Source of the DNA: Camelus ferus
Lineage: Eukaryota
Direction of reading: 5' to 3'
Assembly (NCBI RefSeq): GCF_009834535.1
Contig: NC_045705.1
Coordinates: forward strand, 31,000,001 to 31,064,000
DNA: 64,000 nucleotides
The position numbers and the translations under genes were made by a program. Below are positions 37,196 to 49,382 of this stretch, piece by piece. Position 1 is the stretch's first letter, and each line of letters begins with the position of its first letter. The notes under the pieces were generated by a model that did no database searches, was not told where the DNA came from, and was given only the letters and a program-made list of their open reading frames with translations.

Positions 37196-37937
37196 GCCAC
37201 CTGCTGCCAAATTTTGCTGTTTTCTGTTAATTTCATGAGCTGTAAAAAATATTGATCTTCATTCAGAGTCATTAAGTCTCTTGTTTGCTAAAGAGATTAA
37301 TAAGGGTAGTTAGAGCCTATCTGAAGTTTTGAGGCAAATTAAAAAAAAAAAAAAGTTGCCCAGTTTTCCAGAGGCCTTATTCCTCCTGTTTATTCTTTTC
37401 TTCCTTCTAAGTGATAATATTGCAATAATGAAAGTAGGTGCAGTTATTTTAATTTTAAAATGAATTAGTGCTATTTTCTACCACATACTCTCTTAAAAAA
37501 AAGTGGTAAAAAGAAGTCTTAGGGCAAGAGAAACAGAAAGCTCTTGCAAAACTTAGTAGCAAAACTGCAGCTGGATCACTGCACAGGCACCAAGATTATG
37601 CAAAAAGTTATACAACTATTGCAGATGAATTTTATACAGCTCATATTTTGCAGCTAAAGATTCAAATACCCATATGGTACTTTAAGAACACTTTAAATCT
37701 TGGACAATTCTAACTCAGCAGCATTGCTGTTGTGTGATGAAAGACCAACCATGTAGGTCAGCCATTTGAAAGACATTTCTGTAAGTCTCTTTTTAAGAAA
37801 ACAGTAAACAGTATATTCACACTGTAGTAAACAGTGAAGCATCCTTGTTGCTTTGCTGTCTCTTGGGAGCCCATCTTCCTGCTACTCACACCAAGCTTTT
37901 TTCATTTTCTTTTCTGTGCTGGTGGATTTGGTTCCAG

Positions 37938-38129
37938 GAGTGGAAGAAAGTAGGAGTCGAGCAGCTGCGGCTCAGCACAGTGGACATGACTGGAGTCCCA
38001 ACCTTGGCTAACCTCCAAAAAGGAGTCCAGTTTGCTCTCAAGTACCAGTCGCTAGGCCAGTCTGTCTATGTGCATTGTAAAGCTGGGCGTTCCAGAAGTG
38101 CCACTATGGTGGCAGCATATCTGATTCAG
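37938..38129 (+). CDS. PTPMT1: PTPMT1 exon 3 (catalytic motif)
   Basis: ccag|EWKKVGVEQLRLSTVD...VYVHCKAGRSRSATMVAAYLIQ|gtagga; CX5R motif HCKAGRSR; 192 nt. Confidence 0.97.
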
Positions 38130-38269
38130 GTAGGAAAGGTCCTTCTGGACTGGTCCCTTTTACAACAGATTTCCAGAACTTCAGGAGCAGTCTATTGGCA
38201 GGCCTTGCTAGAAAGAACCATATTCCCAATTTCAGGCTGTTGGGAGGTGGAAAGTATCTGAACTTTGCA

Positions 38270-38430
38270 GACAGGCTGACCTCTGGCTTTGCCACCTGCC
38301 AGCTGTGTGACCTTAGGCAAAAGTGGCAAAAGTCACCCTCTCTGAGGCTCAGTTTCCTCAAACTAAATCTGTTATGAAGCTTGAATGAGAAAGTATGGCA
38401 AGCACTGACCTAGAGTAGGCACTCAAAAAA
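38270..38430 (+). mobile_element. MIR SINE
   Basis: agctgtgtgaccttaggcaa...ctctgaggctcagtttcctc. Confidence 0.65.
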
Positions 38431-39449
38431 TGGAGTTGTGAAGGATGTTAATATCAGCAAAAGTCTGGAAACACTTGCTATAAATCTTATTTCAGAAATC
38501 TAGAACTGTAGATGATAGTGCTGATCACTTACAGCTCTATGGGATGCACATTTAAGTATTTCAGAGTAAAGTTCTGCACATTAGTTTCTAGAAACAGGAT
38601 CCAACAAAATTTTGCCTATCAGTTTGTTACGATCGGCAGGTGGGATGCTTTTAAAGACATTAAGAAGCCAGTACTCTAGTCCCATCGATTCCTGTTACAC
38701 CCCCCCAGCTTGACTCATTTTTGTTACCTGTGTGGCCCGTGCAGAACGTTTACTAAATCAGGTAGATAGTCTGAGGAAAAAGGAAATATAAAGATAACCA
38801 GTCTGGCCTTGTGTCACTGTGGACTGGTGAGTATATGATTTAACAATACTAAAGTTTTGGTCATCAGGATGCTGTTTGCTAGAAACAGGGTGTCAGGAGA
38901 TATTTTGGACCAAGTGAGAATTTGGCCAGCAGGCTAAAAATCTGTATTTTGTTGGTTCTATTGAGTTATAAACCAATAAGTAACGTGAGTACACAAAGAG
39001 AACTCTCCTAGTTAAATTTTAAAAATACTGTTTTTCTAGCCATGGTGACAAGCTGCAGAAAAACACTGACGGTGCACTCTTTCCAGGAAACTCTTGTAAC
39101 CAACAGCCTAGCTCAGGGAGGACATCCAGTAGGCCTAGGCCCCCTTGAGTTTAGGATCTCAGCTTCATGTGTTCAGCCTTGTATTTCCAAGGTTTGGCAG
39201 AGCAAGAATTAGGTGGAAAGACTGACTTGTGTCCCCCGACACCCAGCCTATTGCACACAATTGTGGGACTGGTTGAGGGGGTTAAAGTGTTCTTCCATTT
39301 ATAATATGTGGGGCATGGCTTTTAACTCCCCCCAAAATGGAATTTTTTAAAAAAAATGAAATTCTGAGAGCCCTTTAGCACTTGCTATTAGGTTAAGGAC
39401 ACCCTAACATCTCCTCTTTTCTTTCTGAATTCCCAACCCTGTACTTCAG

Positions 39450-39608
39450 GCGTATAGTTGGACTCCAGACGAGGCTGTAAGAGCCCTAACCAGGATCCGG
39501 TCACACATCTACATCAGACCCGGCCAGGTAGAAGTTCTCAAAGAGTTCCACAAGGTGATTACTGCAGGAGCAGCAAAAGATGAGACTCGTCATACATCAC
39601 AGACGTGA
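39450..39608 (+). CDS. PTPMT1: PTPMT1 exon 4 (terminal)
   Basis: ttcag|AYSWTPDEAVRALTRIRSHIYIRPGQVEVLKEFHKVITAGAAKDETRHTSQT*; spliced total 201 aa. Confidence 0.95.
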   Translation, partial: AYSWTPDEAVRALTRIRSHIYIRPGQVEVLKEFHKVITAGAAKDETRHTSQT

Positions 39609-40163
39609 AGTACATGCATTAGAAAGAACTCAAGACAACCCTGCTTGCTGCAGAATGAAAATGTTTAACAGGACCAAAGGGGCTTAAGCCCAGACTGGAC
39701 GTAACAGAAGTGTGCTAAGTAATGGTTAATTTTGCCCCCTTTGTCTTGTTTTTTCCTGAAATAACACCATTGAATGGCTAGAAAGATTTAGCATGACTTC
39801 TTTTCACAGGGTATGGAGATACGGGACAGGGATGATGGCTTCTTATTTTCAAATGTCAAAAAAATCTGTTGTGCACCTGATATTGTGCCTAATGATTTTT
39901 AGCCCCATAACTCAGACATTTAACACTAGGAAAAGAGAAGAGAAATACTCAGCTCTGGCTCTTTGCCACTGTCAGAATCCTGATTTATTGGCCCTCTGGG
40001 GCTCTCCTCACTTTTGGAGCATTGATCCTGTATGTAGAAAAGGAAGTATGGGATTCAGTATAGTGACTGACTGAGAAATGTGTGGGTATGGAATTAGTTT
40101 CCCTTAGGAAGTCACCCCTTCAGAATTCAAAACAGACACACATACCATATCCCTTCAAAAACT

Positions 40164-40169
40164 TTTATT
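40164..40169 (-). terminator. Candidate KBTBD4 poly(A) signal AATAAA
   Basis: tttatt on + strand about 730 nt past the KBTBD4 stop. Confidence 0.55.
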
Positions 40170-40312
40170 TGTATGAACAGTTCCTAGCTCTTGACTTAGC
40201 TTAGAGCTTTTAAAAGAGTAGAGACCTATTTGAGTTTGAAAAAAGTTTCTGCTATTAATCAGAAATAATCTTTTCTACTTCTTTCTGGCTTACCCCTTGG
40301 AATAAGCCAAAA

Positions 40313-40318
40313 AATAAA
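40313..40318 (+). terminator. Candidate PTPMT1 poly(A) signal AATAAA
   Basis: First AATAAA I found downstream of the PTPMT1 stop. Confidence 0.5.
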
Positions 40319-40899
40319 ACCAAAGTATATATTTCCTGACAGATTGATGAGAAAGCAATAGATGGTACATCCTGAATTCTGTGGTTGCCTCTTGCTGGTG
40401 AAGGACACCTTCAGCTTAGTCCATTCTCCCAACCAAAGCCTGAAGGAGAATTCTAACACCTAATTCTTTGTGGAAAAATTACCAACTAGCCACTTTGCAG
40501 GCTGCAGGAAAAAGAAAAAGAAGGTAGATTGGGCATCTTTCCTTCTGTCCTGGGATCAGGAGTGCTTCTACTTAACAGTGATCAGGTAAAGAGATGAGGC
40601 TGTGCCCAGGGCTGGAGAAGAGGCTTGCTCTAAGCAGTCTGTAGTGAGGCACAGGGTTACAAGCGGATGGCAGAGAATGGGCTGACCTACTCTCAGTTCA
40701 AGCAGCCAGCAGAGCAGCAGCAGTCTAAAAAGCCCCTAACGGAACACTCTTATGGGCTCAGGGAAGGGCTGAGGCACTGCCTTTCTAACATGTGCCAAAA
40801 AATAACACAGTACCCAAATCGGGACCCCGGGGACTTCGAGTTTGGATGGGTAGGTGCTGGAAAAAGGGAGCATCAAAGTCAGCTGCTCTTCTCACAGCC

Positions 40900-41760
40900 T
40901 TAGGCCAACACAAACTGCAAATTGGTAAGCAGCACCTTAATGCCTCTGGTGACAGTCACAGCTGAAGTGGCAGGGTCAAGCTTGTAGGTGTTGGCATCCC
41001 CCTTTTTATATCGGTCTCGAAAAACNNNNNNNNNNNNNNNNNNNNNNNNNNNNNNNNNNNNNNNNNNNNNNNNNNNNNNNNNNNNNNNNNNNNNNNNNNN
41101 NNNNNNNNNNNNNNNNNNNNNNNNNNNNNNNNNNNNNNNNNNNNNNNNNNNNNNNNNNNNNNNNNNNNNNNNNNNNNNNNNTGCGTGCATGCGGCCAGCG
41201 AAGGGCAGCACGTAGGGTTTCACATGGCACTTGTCTGTCTCTGTGTCAAAGCACTGGATGAGTCGGGATGGTTTGGTAAAGAAGTCCAGGTCATTCTCCT
41301 CCCCCCCAAGTAGGTAGATGATCCCATTGAGGTTGGCACCAGCGGCCCCGGAAACAGCCACCTCTAGCTGGGTTGTCTCAGTCCAAACGTTATCACCTAC
41401 CCGATAATAGATAACTGCATTGGAGAGGGTATCCTGCAGTGTCTTGCCACCTAATGAATATATGGCATCCTTCCCGGGCACAGACACCAGGGTATGCTGG
41501 AGCCGGTCTCGGGGCAAAGGTGCACACCACTCCCAGTCCACGGTGGCATTGTTGCACTTCCACATGCGCCTTGGGATGGACCCTCCCACCACGTACAAGT
41601 CTCCGCCATGCTTGCAGGCTGCAGTGATCTGGTNNNNNNNNNNNNNNNNNNNNNNNNNNNNNNNNNNNNNNNNNNNNNNNNNNNNNNNNNNNNNNNNNNN
41701 NNNNNNNNNNNNNNNNNNNNNNNNNNNNNNNNNNNNNNNNNNNNNNNNNNNNNNNNNNNN
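40900..41760 (-). CDS. KBTBD4: KBTBD4 exon 4 (Kelch repeats); 5' boundary inferred inside N-run 41634-41781
   Basis: HQITAACKHGGDLYVVGGSIPRRMWKCNN...LLTNLQFVLA*; IPRR loop at 41566-41577; start placed 54 codons upstream of LYVVGG by orthology. Confidence 0.93.
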   Translation of the reverse strand, partial: XXXXXXXXXXXXXXXXXXXXXXXXXXXXXXXXXXXXXXXXXXXQITAACKHGGDLYVVGGSIPRRMWKCNNATVDWEWCAPLPRDRLQHTLVSVPGKDAIYSLGGKTLQDTLSNAVIYYRVGDNVWTETTQLEVAVSGAAGANLNGIIYLLGGEENDLDFFTKPSRLIQCFDTETDKCHVKPYVLPFAGRMHAXXXXXXXXXXXXXXXXXXXXXXXXXXXXXXXXXXXXXXXXXXXXXXXXXXXXVFRDRYKKGDANTYKLDPATSAVTVTRGIKVLLTNLQFVLA

Positions 41761-42218
41761 NNNNNNNNNNNNNNNNNNNNNTAAATGGTATCTATCAGTT
41801 CTAGGCTAAGGCTCAGCTGAGACGCATATCCTTAAGGTCCTGGACCACACACTTGTATTTTGCTCTAACCTACTCCCCTCTAGTAACTGAATGTCATCCT
41901 GACTCTCCTCCAATCACTCTAATCATTTTCAGGCACCTTATGCTGGGACAGAGAATCTGTTACATTCATCCTTTCAGCTTTTTTAAAACTATCATGAGCG
42001 GGTGCTTCGGATTGTTAAAGCAATGATGAAAGTAATTTTCTCAGGGAGTTTTGGAGCCCAGAGGCTGGTGCTTCTGGACTCAACTACACATCCTCCTCCC
42101 CAGCTCTTATCAACTTTAATCCAAAGACTTATTCACTAACCATCAAAGAGGCCAGGCCAATAGATGGCTGGAATGCATGGATATTATAGTGTCCCAACCC
42201 TAAAGAAATCTGCCTTAC

Positions 42219-42325
42219 CTTCAAGCTACTTCTGAGTGACTCTGAAAAAGCCTCTCTTTCTTCTTTGTTAAAATTGATCCAGGCTTCTATTGCCTCTGTT
42301 GGGTTCTGGGAACATGGAACTCCAT
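42219..42325 (-). CDS. KBTBD4: KBTBD4 exon 3 (BACK region)
   Basis: ttgcag|ATGGAGTTCCATGTTCCCAGAACCCAACAGAGGCA...AGCTTGAAG|gtaagg; DGVPCSQNPTEAIEAWINFNKEEREAFSESLRSSLK; 107 nt. Confidence 0.95.
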
Positions 42326-42809
42326 CTGCAAGAGCCAGAGGAATGGCATGGTCAATGGCAAGATAATGATCCAGAAGGGAAATTTAGAACTGGTGGCTTT
42401 TAAAATGTGAAACCCTTTGTTAGACTACAACCATGTATGTATATGTATGTGTAAGAAATTAACCTAAAATTGCCTTATTTCTTTTAATTAGAATGGATGC
42501 TTGATATGATCTCATTTGCCATGGAAGCAATCTATTAGGCTACAGAGCTCACACTTCAAGTATGGTTATACCTCACTTGTTACCTAAAGTTGGCCAATCA
42601 CTTGAAAAGTTTATTTAGTGATCCTGACTCACTGCCAATTTATTTAGGTAACTAGTCCCACAAGTACATGCAAAGCACATGGATGAGAACACTTATGCAC
42701 AAGAGAGATTAGAGTATAAATACAGATAGCTCCTCACTTCCTTTTGTGGCTAAGTGCTGCTTTTTTTTTTTTTTAATTTAGTTAGCATCCATCACCACAC
42801 AGTCACAAT

Positions 42810-42959
42810 TTTTTTTTTAATTAAAAATTTTTATTTTGGGGGGAGGGAGGGAGGTAACTGGGTTTTATTTATTTATTTCTAGAGGAGGTACTGGGGATTG
42901 AACCCAGGACCTTGAGCATGCTAAGCATGCGCTCTACCACTTGAGCTATACCCTCCCCC
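42810..42959 (-). mobile_element. tRNA-derived SINE (Vic-1-like) in KBTBD4 intron 2
   Basis: Near-consensus ggaggtactggggattgaacccaggacc...gagctataccctcccc. Confidence 0.88.
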
Positions 42960-43197
42960 ACTCCACTTTGTTTGTTTTTGATTCAACATTTGTATATATT
43001 GTGAAGTGCTGTTTCTTTTATTTTCCTGGCTTATTCCTCTAGAAGGGACTCTGTCTCTGAAGGCATCTAAATTCCTATCAAGAATAATACTGTAAATTAA
43101 TGCCAGGAAGCCTGAGGGTACCCTTCTCTTGAACTAGAATGTTCTCTGAACATCATACCTGTGTGGTGGGGTATGATGTGCCCCACCCCCAACTTAC

Positions 43198-43818
43198 CCG
43201 AGATGATGTCAGTGAGTAGATGGTGGGGCAAGTGGAGAAATTCTTCTGTGCTCTGTAGCTGAGCCAGGTGGGCCTTGGCACAGTGCTTGGNNNNNNNNNN
43301 NNNNNNNNNNNNNNNNNNNNNNNNNNNNNNNNNNNNNNNNNNNNNNNNNNNNNNNNNNNNNNNNNNNNNNNNNNNNNNNNNNNNNNNNNNNNNNNNNNNN
43401 NNNNNNNNNNNNNNNNNNNNNNNNNNNNNNNNNNNNNNNNNNNNNNNNNNNNNNNNNNNNNNNNNNNNNNNNNNNNNNNNNNNNNNNNNNNNNNNNNNNN
43501 NNNNNNNNNNNNNNNNNNNNNNNNNNNNNNNNNNNNNNNNNNGGGCCTCCTTCAAGTTGGAAGTGAACATGGACCGGAAGAAGCAGCTCTGAGCTGAGAG
43601 GACCAATCGGTGGAGCTGAAACTCCCGGCCTTCCACTGAAATAGTGACGTCAGCAAAGAGCTCTTCCTCCAGACACAGTTTCATGATGCCCTGAGCCACA
43701 CGGCCTGAGTGTGACCGATCTTTGAAAGTGTAATTCACAAAGTAGTTCTCATCCATAGATGCTCCAGGCTCCTCTGGTGATTCCATGGTAGTAGCCAACT
43801 TCTCTCTCTGCCAGCTGT
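43198..43818 (-). CDS. KBTBD4: KBTBD4 exon 2 (BTB domain; partly N)
   Basis: ttgcag|DSWQREKLATTMESPEEPG...FADVTISVEGREFQLHRLVLSAQSCFF...LTDIIS|gtaagt; 621 nt; internal ACCATGG start at 43786. Confidence 0.95.
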
Positions 43819-44748
43819 CTGCAAAACACCACCACTCTGAGTAACTTAAGGAATCCACAGCCACAGTATATGAATCTAAATGTCCAGTTCAGGGAGGGAG
43901 AGGAGAAAAGCGAGGGCACAGTGGGCTCAGATTAGCCTCAGTCCCGGCCCTGCTAATGACATATGATGTTCTCCTTCAACCAAAGCTGGGTTCATTCTCC
44001 TGCAGTAACTGCCTATTCCTAATGAAATCAAAATTTCCTACTCTGGGTGCTTCCCTGAGAAAACATGGAATACTCCTTTCCATGATGTAACAAAAGGCTT
44101 GGTATTTAGGTCAATACGTGAAAGCAAGGGGTTGGAGGAAGCCTATGCTTTGAAAAGCCTGGCAAAAAGACTTACTAACCAAATAACTACCGGGCATAAA
44201 ACTAGTGAGGCTCAGGACAGCAGAACGCGACAAAAAGTCCCCCGCGTCCTTGTGACCAGACCCCTCTTCCCCTGCGCATGGAACCCAGAACTTCCAATTC
44301 GACTCTTGGCCTGGTACATCTACCAGCCCCACATTTACTCTTTTCTGAGCCTCTACCCGGCATTTCCCTGCTCGCCCTAATGACTCTCCAAGGCTTCGTC
44401 CCAGAACTCGAGACGCAGCCCAGCCGTCCGGAGCATGGGACCACCCCCCCAGGAGGCACATCGCCACGTGCAGTGTCCTTGCTCCACTTGGAGTCGCCTG
44501 GGAGACAGTAGCCAGGGAAACCGTTCTTCTATCCGCCTCCCCCTAGCCATGCCCGCTGGCCCTCATCAAAAGCTTAGCCTAGGGAGCGGGGGAGGGGTGT
44601 GGAATTTGGAACCCAGAACTCTCGCCGCTTCTCCTCCTCTCACCAGTCCAGTTCTTTAGGATCCTCGCCTTCTCTCCAGCCTCTGTCACACTAAACTAAG
44701 GACACATTCACCTCATGATTTCCTCACCTACTGGCTTCGCTTTCTCAC

Positions 44749-44767
44749 CTGCCTTCCCTCCTTTCAT
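44749..44767 (-). CDS. KBTBD4: KBTBD4 exon 1 coding part (MKGGKA-D)
   Basis: ATGAAAGGAGGGAAGGCAG|gtgaga; phase 1 joins exon 2 in frame. Confidence 0.85.
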
Positions 44768-44914
44768 TCCGAAGCCCGGAACCCGGAACCTCTACTTCCG
44801 GCCCCTCGTCCGCCCGGAAGGAGATCCTATGCACATTTCCGCTTCCGGTCCCTGCCCTTGGGGCTCCGTGTCCTGCGGGATTGGCCTCGGCCGCCTGGTC
44901 TGCATCCGGGGATC
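44768..44914. promoter_or_regulatory. KBTBD4/NDUFS3 bidirectional promoter core with ETS (GABP-type) motif cluster
   Basis: CCGGAA at 44776, 44783, 44814; ACTTCCGG at 44794-44801; GCTTCCGG at 44841-44848; no TATA box; CpG island about 44200-45200. Confidence 0.8.
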
Positions 44915-44978
44915 ATGGCGGCTGCGGCGGCAAGGGGCTGGTGGCGGGGGCTTGCGGGGTCCGCGGCGCTGGCCAGGG
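44915..44978 (+). CDS. NDUFS3: NDUFS3 exon 1 (complex I core subunit; mitochondrial transit peptide)
   Basis: MAAAAARGWWRGLAGSAALAR-G|gtgagc; 64 nt. Confidence 0.95.
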
Positions 44979-45087
44979 GTGAGCTGGGGCAGCCAGCTGA
45001 GGCCCGGGGCGGGAGCGGCGACGCGTCCAGAGCAGGGAGCCCCTCAGGCCTCCCTCTGGGCTTCAGTGTCTCTATCTTCCTATGCAG

Positions 45088-45153
45088 TGGCCGCGCGACC
45101 TTCGGTGCTGTTGCTGCCGGTGAGGTGGGAAAGCACTGCGGCCGACACGCGCC
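45088..45153 (+). CDS. NDUFS3: NDUFS3 exon 2
   Basis: tgcag|(V)AARPSVLLLPVRWESTAADTR|gtgagt; 66 nt. Confidence 0.95.
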
Positions 45154-45474
45154 GTGAGTATGTGCGGGTCGGGCCCTTCTCGGGACTACAGGCGGGGCCC
45201 CCCTTCATTACCTTTGTCAGATATTTGCCCTTGTCCTGGGCTGCCCTTCTCTGCGTCCTCCTGGCAAATCTTTGCTTGTCTCTGGAGAGCTGATTGCAAT
45301 GGCCCTCACTCTGCAGGCAGAATCGGGCCCTCCCTGTGCTCTTAGGCCTCTGTGTTATGGCCCTATTGCTCCTTGTCAATTTCCATGTTTTTTTTTTTTT
45401 TTTTTTTCCTGATTAAACTGTCAGCTCCTTGAGAGCAGGAGACTTAACCTTTGGTTCTCAGAGCACTGTTAAAA

Positions 45475-45680
45475 TAGTAGCTTACGTTAACTGAGTGCTC
45501 ATTGTGTGCCAGGCACCTTGCAAAGCGATTAATGAATGATCTTATCTAATCCTCACAACATTCTTAGGAGGTAGGCAGTGTTATGCTTTTCTACCATAGA
45601 TCAGGCAACAATCCAGAGAAGTAACCTGCCCAGGATCACAGCACTAATGAGTGACAGAGCAGTCCTGCCTGCTGCCAAAG
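45475..45680 (-). mobile_element. MIR SINE
   Basis: gagtgctcattgtgtgccaggcacc...taatcctcacaac...aagtaacctgcccaggatcacagc. Confidence 0.65.
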
Positions 45681-46285
45681 GCAGAAAAACACTTAACTCT
45701 GCAGCTATGATGTGTGGTTGCTCAGCGATTTAATGTTGCACGAATGAGCATACAGGGATAAGTTACAGTCAACATAGGACGACTGGGAGTCATGCGACGG
45801 CATTGCCCCCTTTCTGGGCCTCAATTTCATCATCTGTGCAGTAAATAAATAAAAAAGATTTCAACTACATAATCAATGAGGGCTCTTCAGCTCTGAAGTC
45901 TTAGTTGAGAACTTGCTCTGAGCCAGATGCTGAGAGATACAGAGAAGCCTAAATTCTACTTCTCACCCTTAAAGAGCTCCTAGTCTGGTAAGAGAGCTGA
46001 GGCAAACGCTGCTTTAGCAGAAATGCAGGCATTGTGAAGGAAGAACCACGAGGTAGTTCTGAGAAGAGGTAGACACCACAGCTGCAGTAATAAGGTGAGC
46101 CTTTTTGGACTGTGTAGGTGGCATTTTCCTGATGTTTTCATCACTTCCTGTTCCCTGGAAGAGGAACCTTCCACCTTCACCTTTCTCAAGGTTCTGGAGG
46201 GAGTCCTGACTGGGAGACAACACCCCTTACAAGCCCAAGAGACTGAATGCAGGGCTGGCTGCTGCCTTCTGCGTTCCTTTCTTAT

Positions 46286-46417
46286 NNNNNNNNNNNNNNN
46301 NNNNNNNNNNNNNNNNNNNNNNNNNNNNNNNNNNNNNNNNNNNNNNNNNNNNNNNNNNNNNNNNNNNNNNNNNNNNNNNNNNNNNNNNNNNNNNNNNNNN
46401 NNNNNNNNNNNNNNNNN
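46286..46417 (+). CDS. NDUFS3: NDUFS3 exon 3, inferred (about 98 nt) inside this N-run; exact ends not visible
   Basis: N-run is preceded by a polypyrimidine tract (ccttctgcgttcctttcttat); a phase 1 to 0 exon is required between exons 2 and 4. Confidence 0.75.
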
Positions 46418-46570
46418 CTTGTTTGGGTCAAGAAAGAACCATGTTCTCAGGGCATGTGGGAGTGGGCAGTCTGGAATCAAAGAAACCACAGACTCCTCCA
46501 TCCCAACTTGGTTTTCTTTCTCTGTCTTAAACCAGGAGACTCCCCTTGAAGTTTGCTGCTCCCTCTGTAG

Positions 46571-46771
<201 letters not shown>

Positions 46772-47643
46772 TGAGATTTGGAAAGTAAAGTAAGGAAAGG
46801 GGACAGAACTGTTTTAGGGTGGCAGCTACCTATGAGAACCACAGCCTCCTTAGTTTCAGTTCAGGTCAAACAATACAACACAGCAGTTAAATCAGGGCCT
46901 CAGAATCAAGTAGACCTTGAGTGTGAATTCTAGCTTTGCCATTAAAAACCTCCGTGACTTCAGACATTTTGTTTGATCTTTCAGGGCTTTAGTTTTATGT
47001 GCAAAGTAAGTATAAAATTGTCCCTATCTCACACAGTGGTTGTAAGGATTAAATGAGGTAGTACAGGTAGATTAATAGTTCTCAATACTTTAACTATTGA
47101 TATTTACTGGTTATCTACTTTTTGCCAGATTCTGGGATCAAGAGAGAAATAACACCCAATGCCTGCCCTCCAAGAGTCCCCCACACACTATTGAGGAAGA
47201 GGGACATAAAAAACAGTTTACCATAGTGACATGATTTATGGGATGTTGGAGAGATGCTTTAAGAATGCAGGGGGAGCACTTAGCCCTGTCTAATAGGCTT
47301 TTTTGAAGGGAGAGAGAAAGTCTGTGCTGAATCTTAATGGATAACCAGGAGACCAGGAATTAGCCCAGTGAGGGAGGGCGGGTCGGAGACATCCAATAGC
47401 ATGAGCAAAGACAAGCATGCTGACATGCTGAGCTATAGTTGGCTTAGGCCTTTGGAAGTGGTTGTAAGTATAGGAGCATCTGGAGGTTTTGAACTTCAGA
47501 CAGAAGGCAGGTTCAAAGGCAGGCAGGTTAACCCACCCTGTATCCTCATTGTTATGCTCCCACTCAGGGACTTCCGTCTCAGACCCCTCAACCTGTGGTC
47601 ACCTTGGTCCTTCAGTTCCTTCCGTTCCTTCCGTTCTCCCTAG

Positions 47644-47829
<186 letters not shown>

Positions 47830-47902
47830 TAGTGGATACACTGCAGCCCTCACCCCTTTGTTGGCTGTGGTGGCTGGTTGGCTTAGTGCCTCTGTTTTCT
47901 AG

Positions 47903-48064
<162 letters not shown>

Positions 48065-49128
48065 TAGGGATCTTGGGCAGAAATTACGGTCCGTGGATTG
48101 AGGTGGTTTAAGAGCATTGGTACTGGATTCAAATCCTAGCTTCATTCTGACAATCTTCTCATCTACAAAATGGGAACAATAATAGTACTTAATTAGATTT
48201 GTGGTAAGCTAACTGATGTATGTGCAAAGCTGGTGTATTGTAGATGCTCAATTGATGTTAGCCATTATTTTTGCAGTCACTTTAATGAGCAAGGCAATCT
48301 TCAGGACACACTTAGTCTGTCCTCAAGATCTGAATCAGTATCATTTTACCCTGCCTTGGATCTCTGAGAAGGCACGACACTAAATGTTCAACCCTTGAGA
48401 ATGGCCAGAGGCAGGACCAGTAACATGTGCCTACAAAAACCTTATGAAGAATTCAGTGCTTTACTCTACCACTGCAACATGTTGTAGTTTGTTTATTAGC
48501 AGGAAGATGGTGTATTGTATATATACACAAGTGATTTTGTAGTAAAGTAACTTAGAAATGTTGAGATAGTGTCAGGCCAGCCCTTCTCTTCAGTACCCAA
48601 ATGCTCCTGTTTTGTGTGTGTTTAGCATGGTCACACTCCCAGCACCTTATTGTCCTTACCTTATCCAGCTGATCCTCCAATAACAAGAAAAGCCACGCCA
48701 AAATTACCACCTTGCATCTGGGCAGTGATAATGCCAAGGCCACAGGGCCTGAACTTGAGTGCTTGCCAGTTTAGGTTTACTCTTTTCAGCCACTGATTGC
48801 TCCCTAATCCTGAGCAGGTGCTTCCCATCACCTTATAAGTATGTAGGTGGGTGAGCAAAGTCATTTCTGATGGAAAAGGAGCTCAGAGTTCATGAATTGG
48901 GGATGGTGGGCATGGAGGGAGGCCTGACTGGGTGATGGCAGGGCATGACGTAGAGGCCATTTTAAGCTGTGGTTGGGATGTGACCTGATGAGTAACACAG
49001 ATGAGGATGGAGACTAAAGAGGCCAGGACAGGAGTCAAGGGCAGAGAAGTAAAAGGGCTGAAGAAGTCACCCATGGCTTTGGGAAAGTGGGCCTTAATAT
49101 CTGTAACAAGGCCTTCCTCAGTACTTAA

Positions 49129-49317
<189 letters not shown>

Positions 49318-49376
49318 TTTCAGGGAAGGAATGTGTATCCTAGAACGCGCCTTATCTATAATTGAGTGTCCCTGTA

Positions 49377-49382
49377 AATAAA
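49377..49382 (+). terminator. NDUFS3 poly(A) signal AATAAA
   Basis: 60 nt after the stop, followed by a GT-rich element (ctgtgtgttt). Confidence 0.8.

Noticed and set aside
43819-43864. In-frame extension upstream of KBTBD4 exon 2 given in the ORF track (MAVDSLSYSEWWCF)
   Set aside because: Starts at GTG inside the acceptor region; an in-frame TGA lies shortly upstream with no ATG
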